Assembly (NCBI GenBank): GCA_041917215.1
Contig: JAYRYC010000005.1
Span: 103,687-167,686, forward strand
Direction: 5' to 3'
DNA: 64,000 bases
Source: Tagaea sp.
GTDB taxonomy: Bacteria; Pseudomonadota; Alphaproteobacteria; CACIAM-22H2
Shown here piece by piece: positions 63,925 through 64,000 of the stretch (the first letter of the stretch is position 1; each line of letters opens with the position of its first letter). The notes under the pieces are model-generated. The model made no database searches. It saw only the letters and a list, made by a program, of their open reading frames with translations, and was not told the origin of the DNA. The position numbers were made by a program, and so were the translations under genes.

Positions 63925-64000
63925 ATGCCCCGAATTGTCGCCGAACGCCAAGACGTGCTGCCCAAGCTCGCGGAAATCTTCCGCAAGCGCGGCTATGACG
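63925..64000 (+). CDS. 5' end of a gene running off the window; possibly a TetR-family regulator
   Basis: The ATG at 63925 starts MPRIVAERQDVLPKLAEIFRKRGYD. The R--IL--A--LF---GY pattern resembles a TetR N-terminal HTH. Only 25 codons are visible. Confidence 0.25.
   Translation, partial: MPRIVAERQDVLPKLAEIFRKRGYD

Overview
This 64-kb window comes from a high-GC (about 65-67%) alphaproteobacterial chromosome and is densely coding on both strands. Most long ORFs in the six-frame track are antisense or off-frame artefacts of the GC bias. Where a real gene was clear I re-derived its start codon.

The first 11.4 kb is one long minus-strand Fe-S and sulfur gene array: cysE, iscR, a NifS-like cysteine desulfurase, iscS, iscU, iscA, hscB, hscA, fdx, iscX, a TenA-like gene and mnmA. 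Upstream of it sit a hemP-like 59-aa ORF that the track missed and a partial TonB-dependent receptor. The rest is housekeeping: tyrS, amiC-like amidase, rne with a roughly 515-nt 5' leader, an aminotransferase, GGT, a bepA-lipoprotein-dsbA trio, maiA, aroQ-accB-accC, aat, mlaD, an NDUFA12-like gene, a monomeric class II ribonucleotide reductase (nrdJ), clpS-clpA, a phasin, a dacC-like carboxypeptidase with a SPOR domain, tRNA-Thr(GGU), a thiolase, an nhaD-like permease, chrA with a translationally coupled RNHCP-family gene, greA, and carA-carB.

The best candidate for something undescribed is a pair of tandem paralogous genes of about 375 codons each (38114-40449), just downstream of the nrdJ terminator. 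I could not assign either protein to any family. Other notable items are two diverged copies of a double-hairpin intergenic repeat (29.6 kb and 45.3 kb), a roughly 420-bp AT-rich islet carrying a small lysine-rich ORF (55.1-55.6 kb), an overlapping GNAT-like and nucleotidyl-cyclase-like gene pair next to a cNMP-binding protein, and candidate IscR and Fur/Irr operator sites.

No CRISPR array, rRNA gene or recognisable transposase was seen. In a few places (around 52.9-53.4 kb) my character counting and the ORF track disagreed by 1 nt; I trusted the track.
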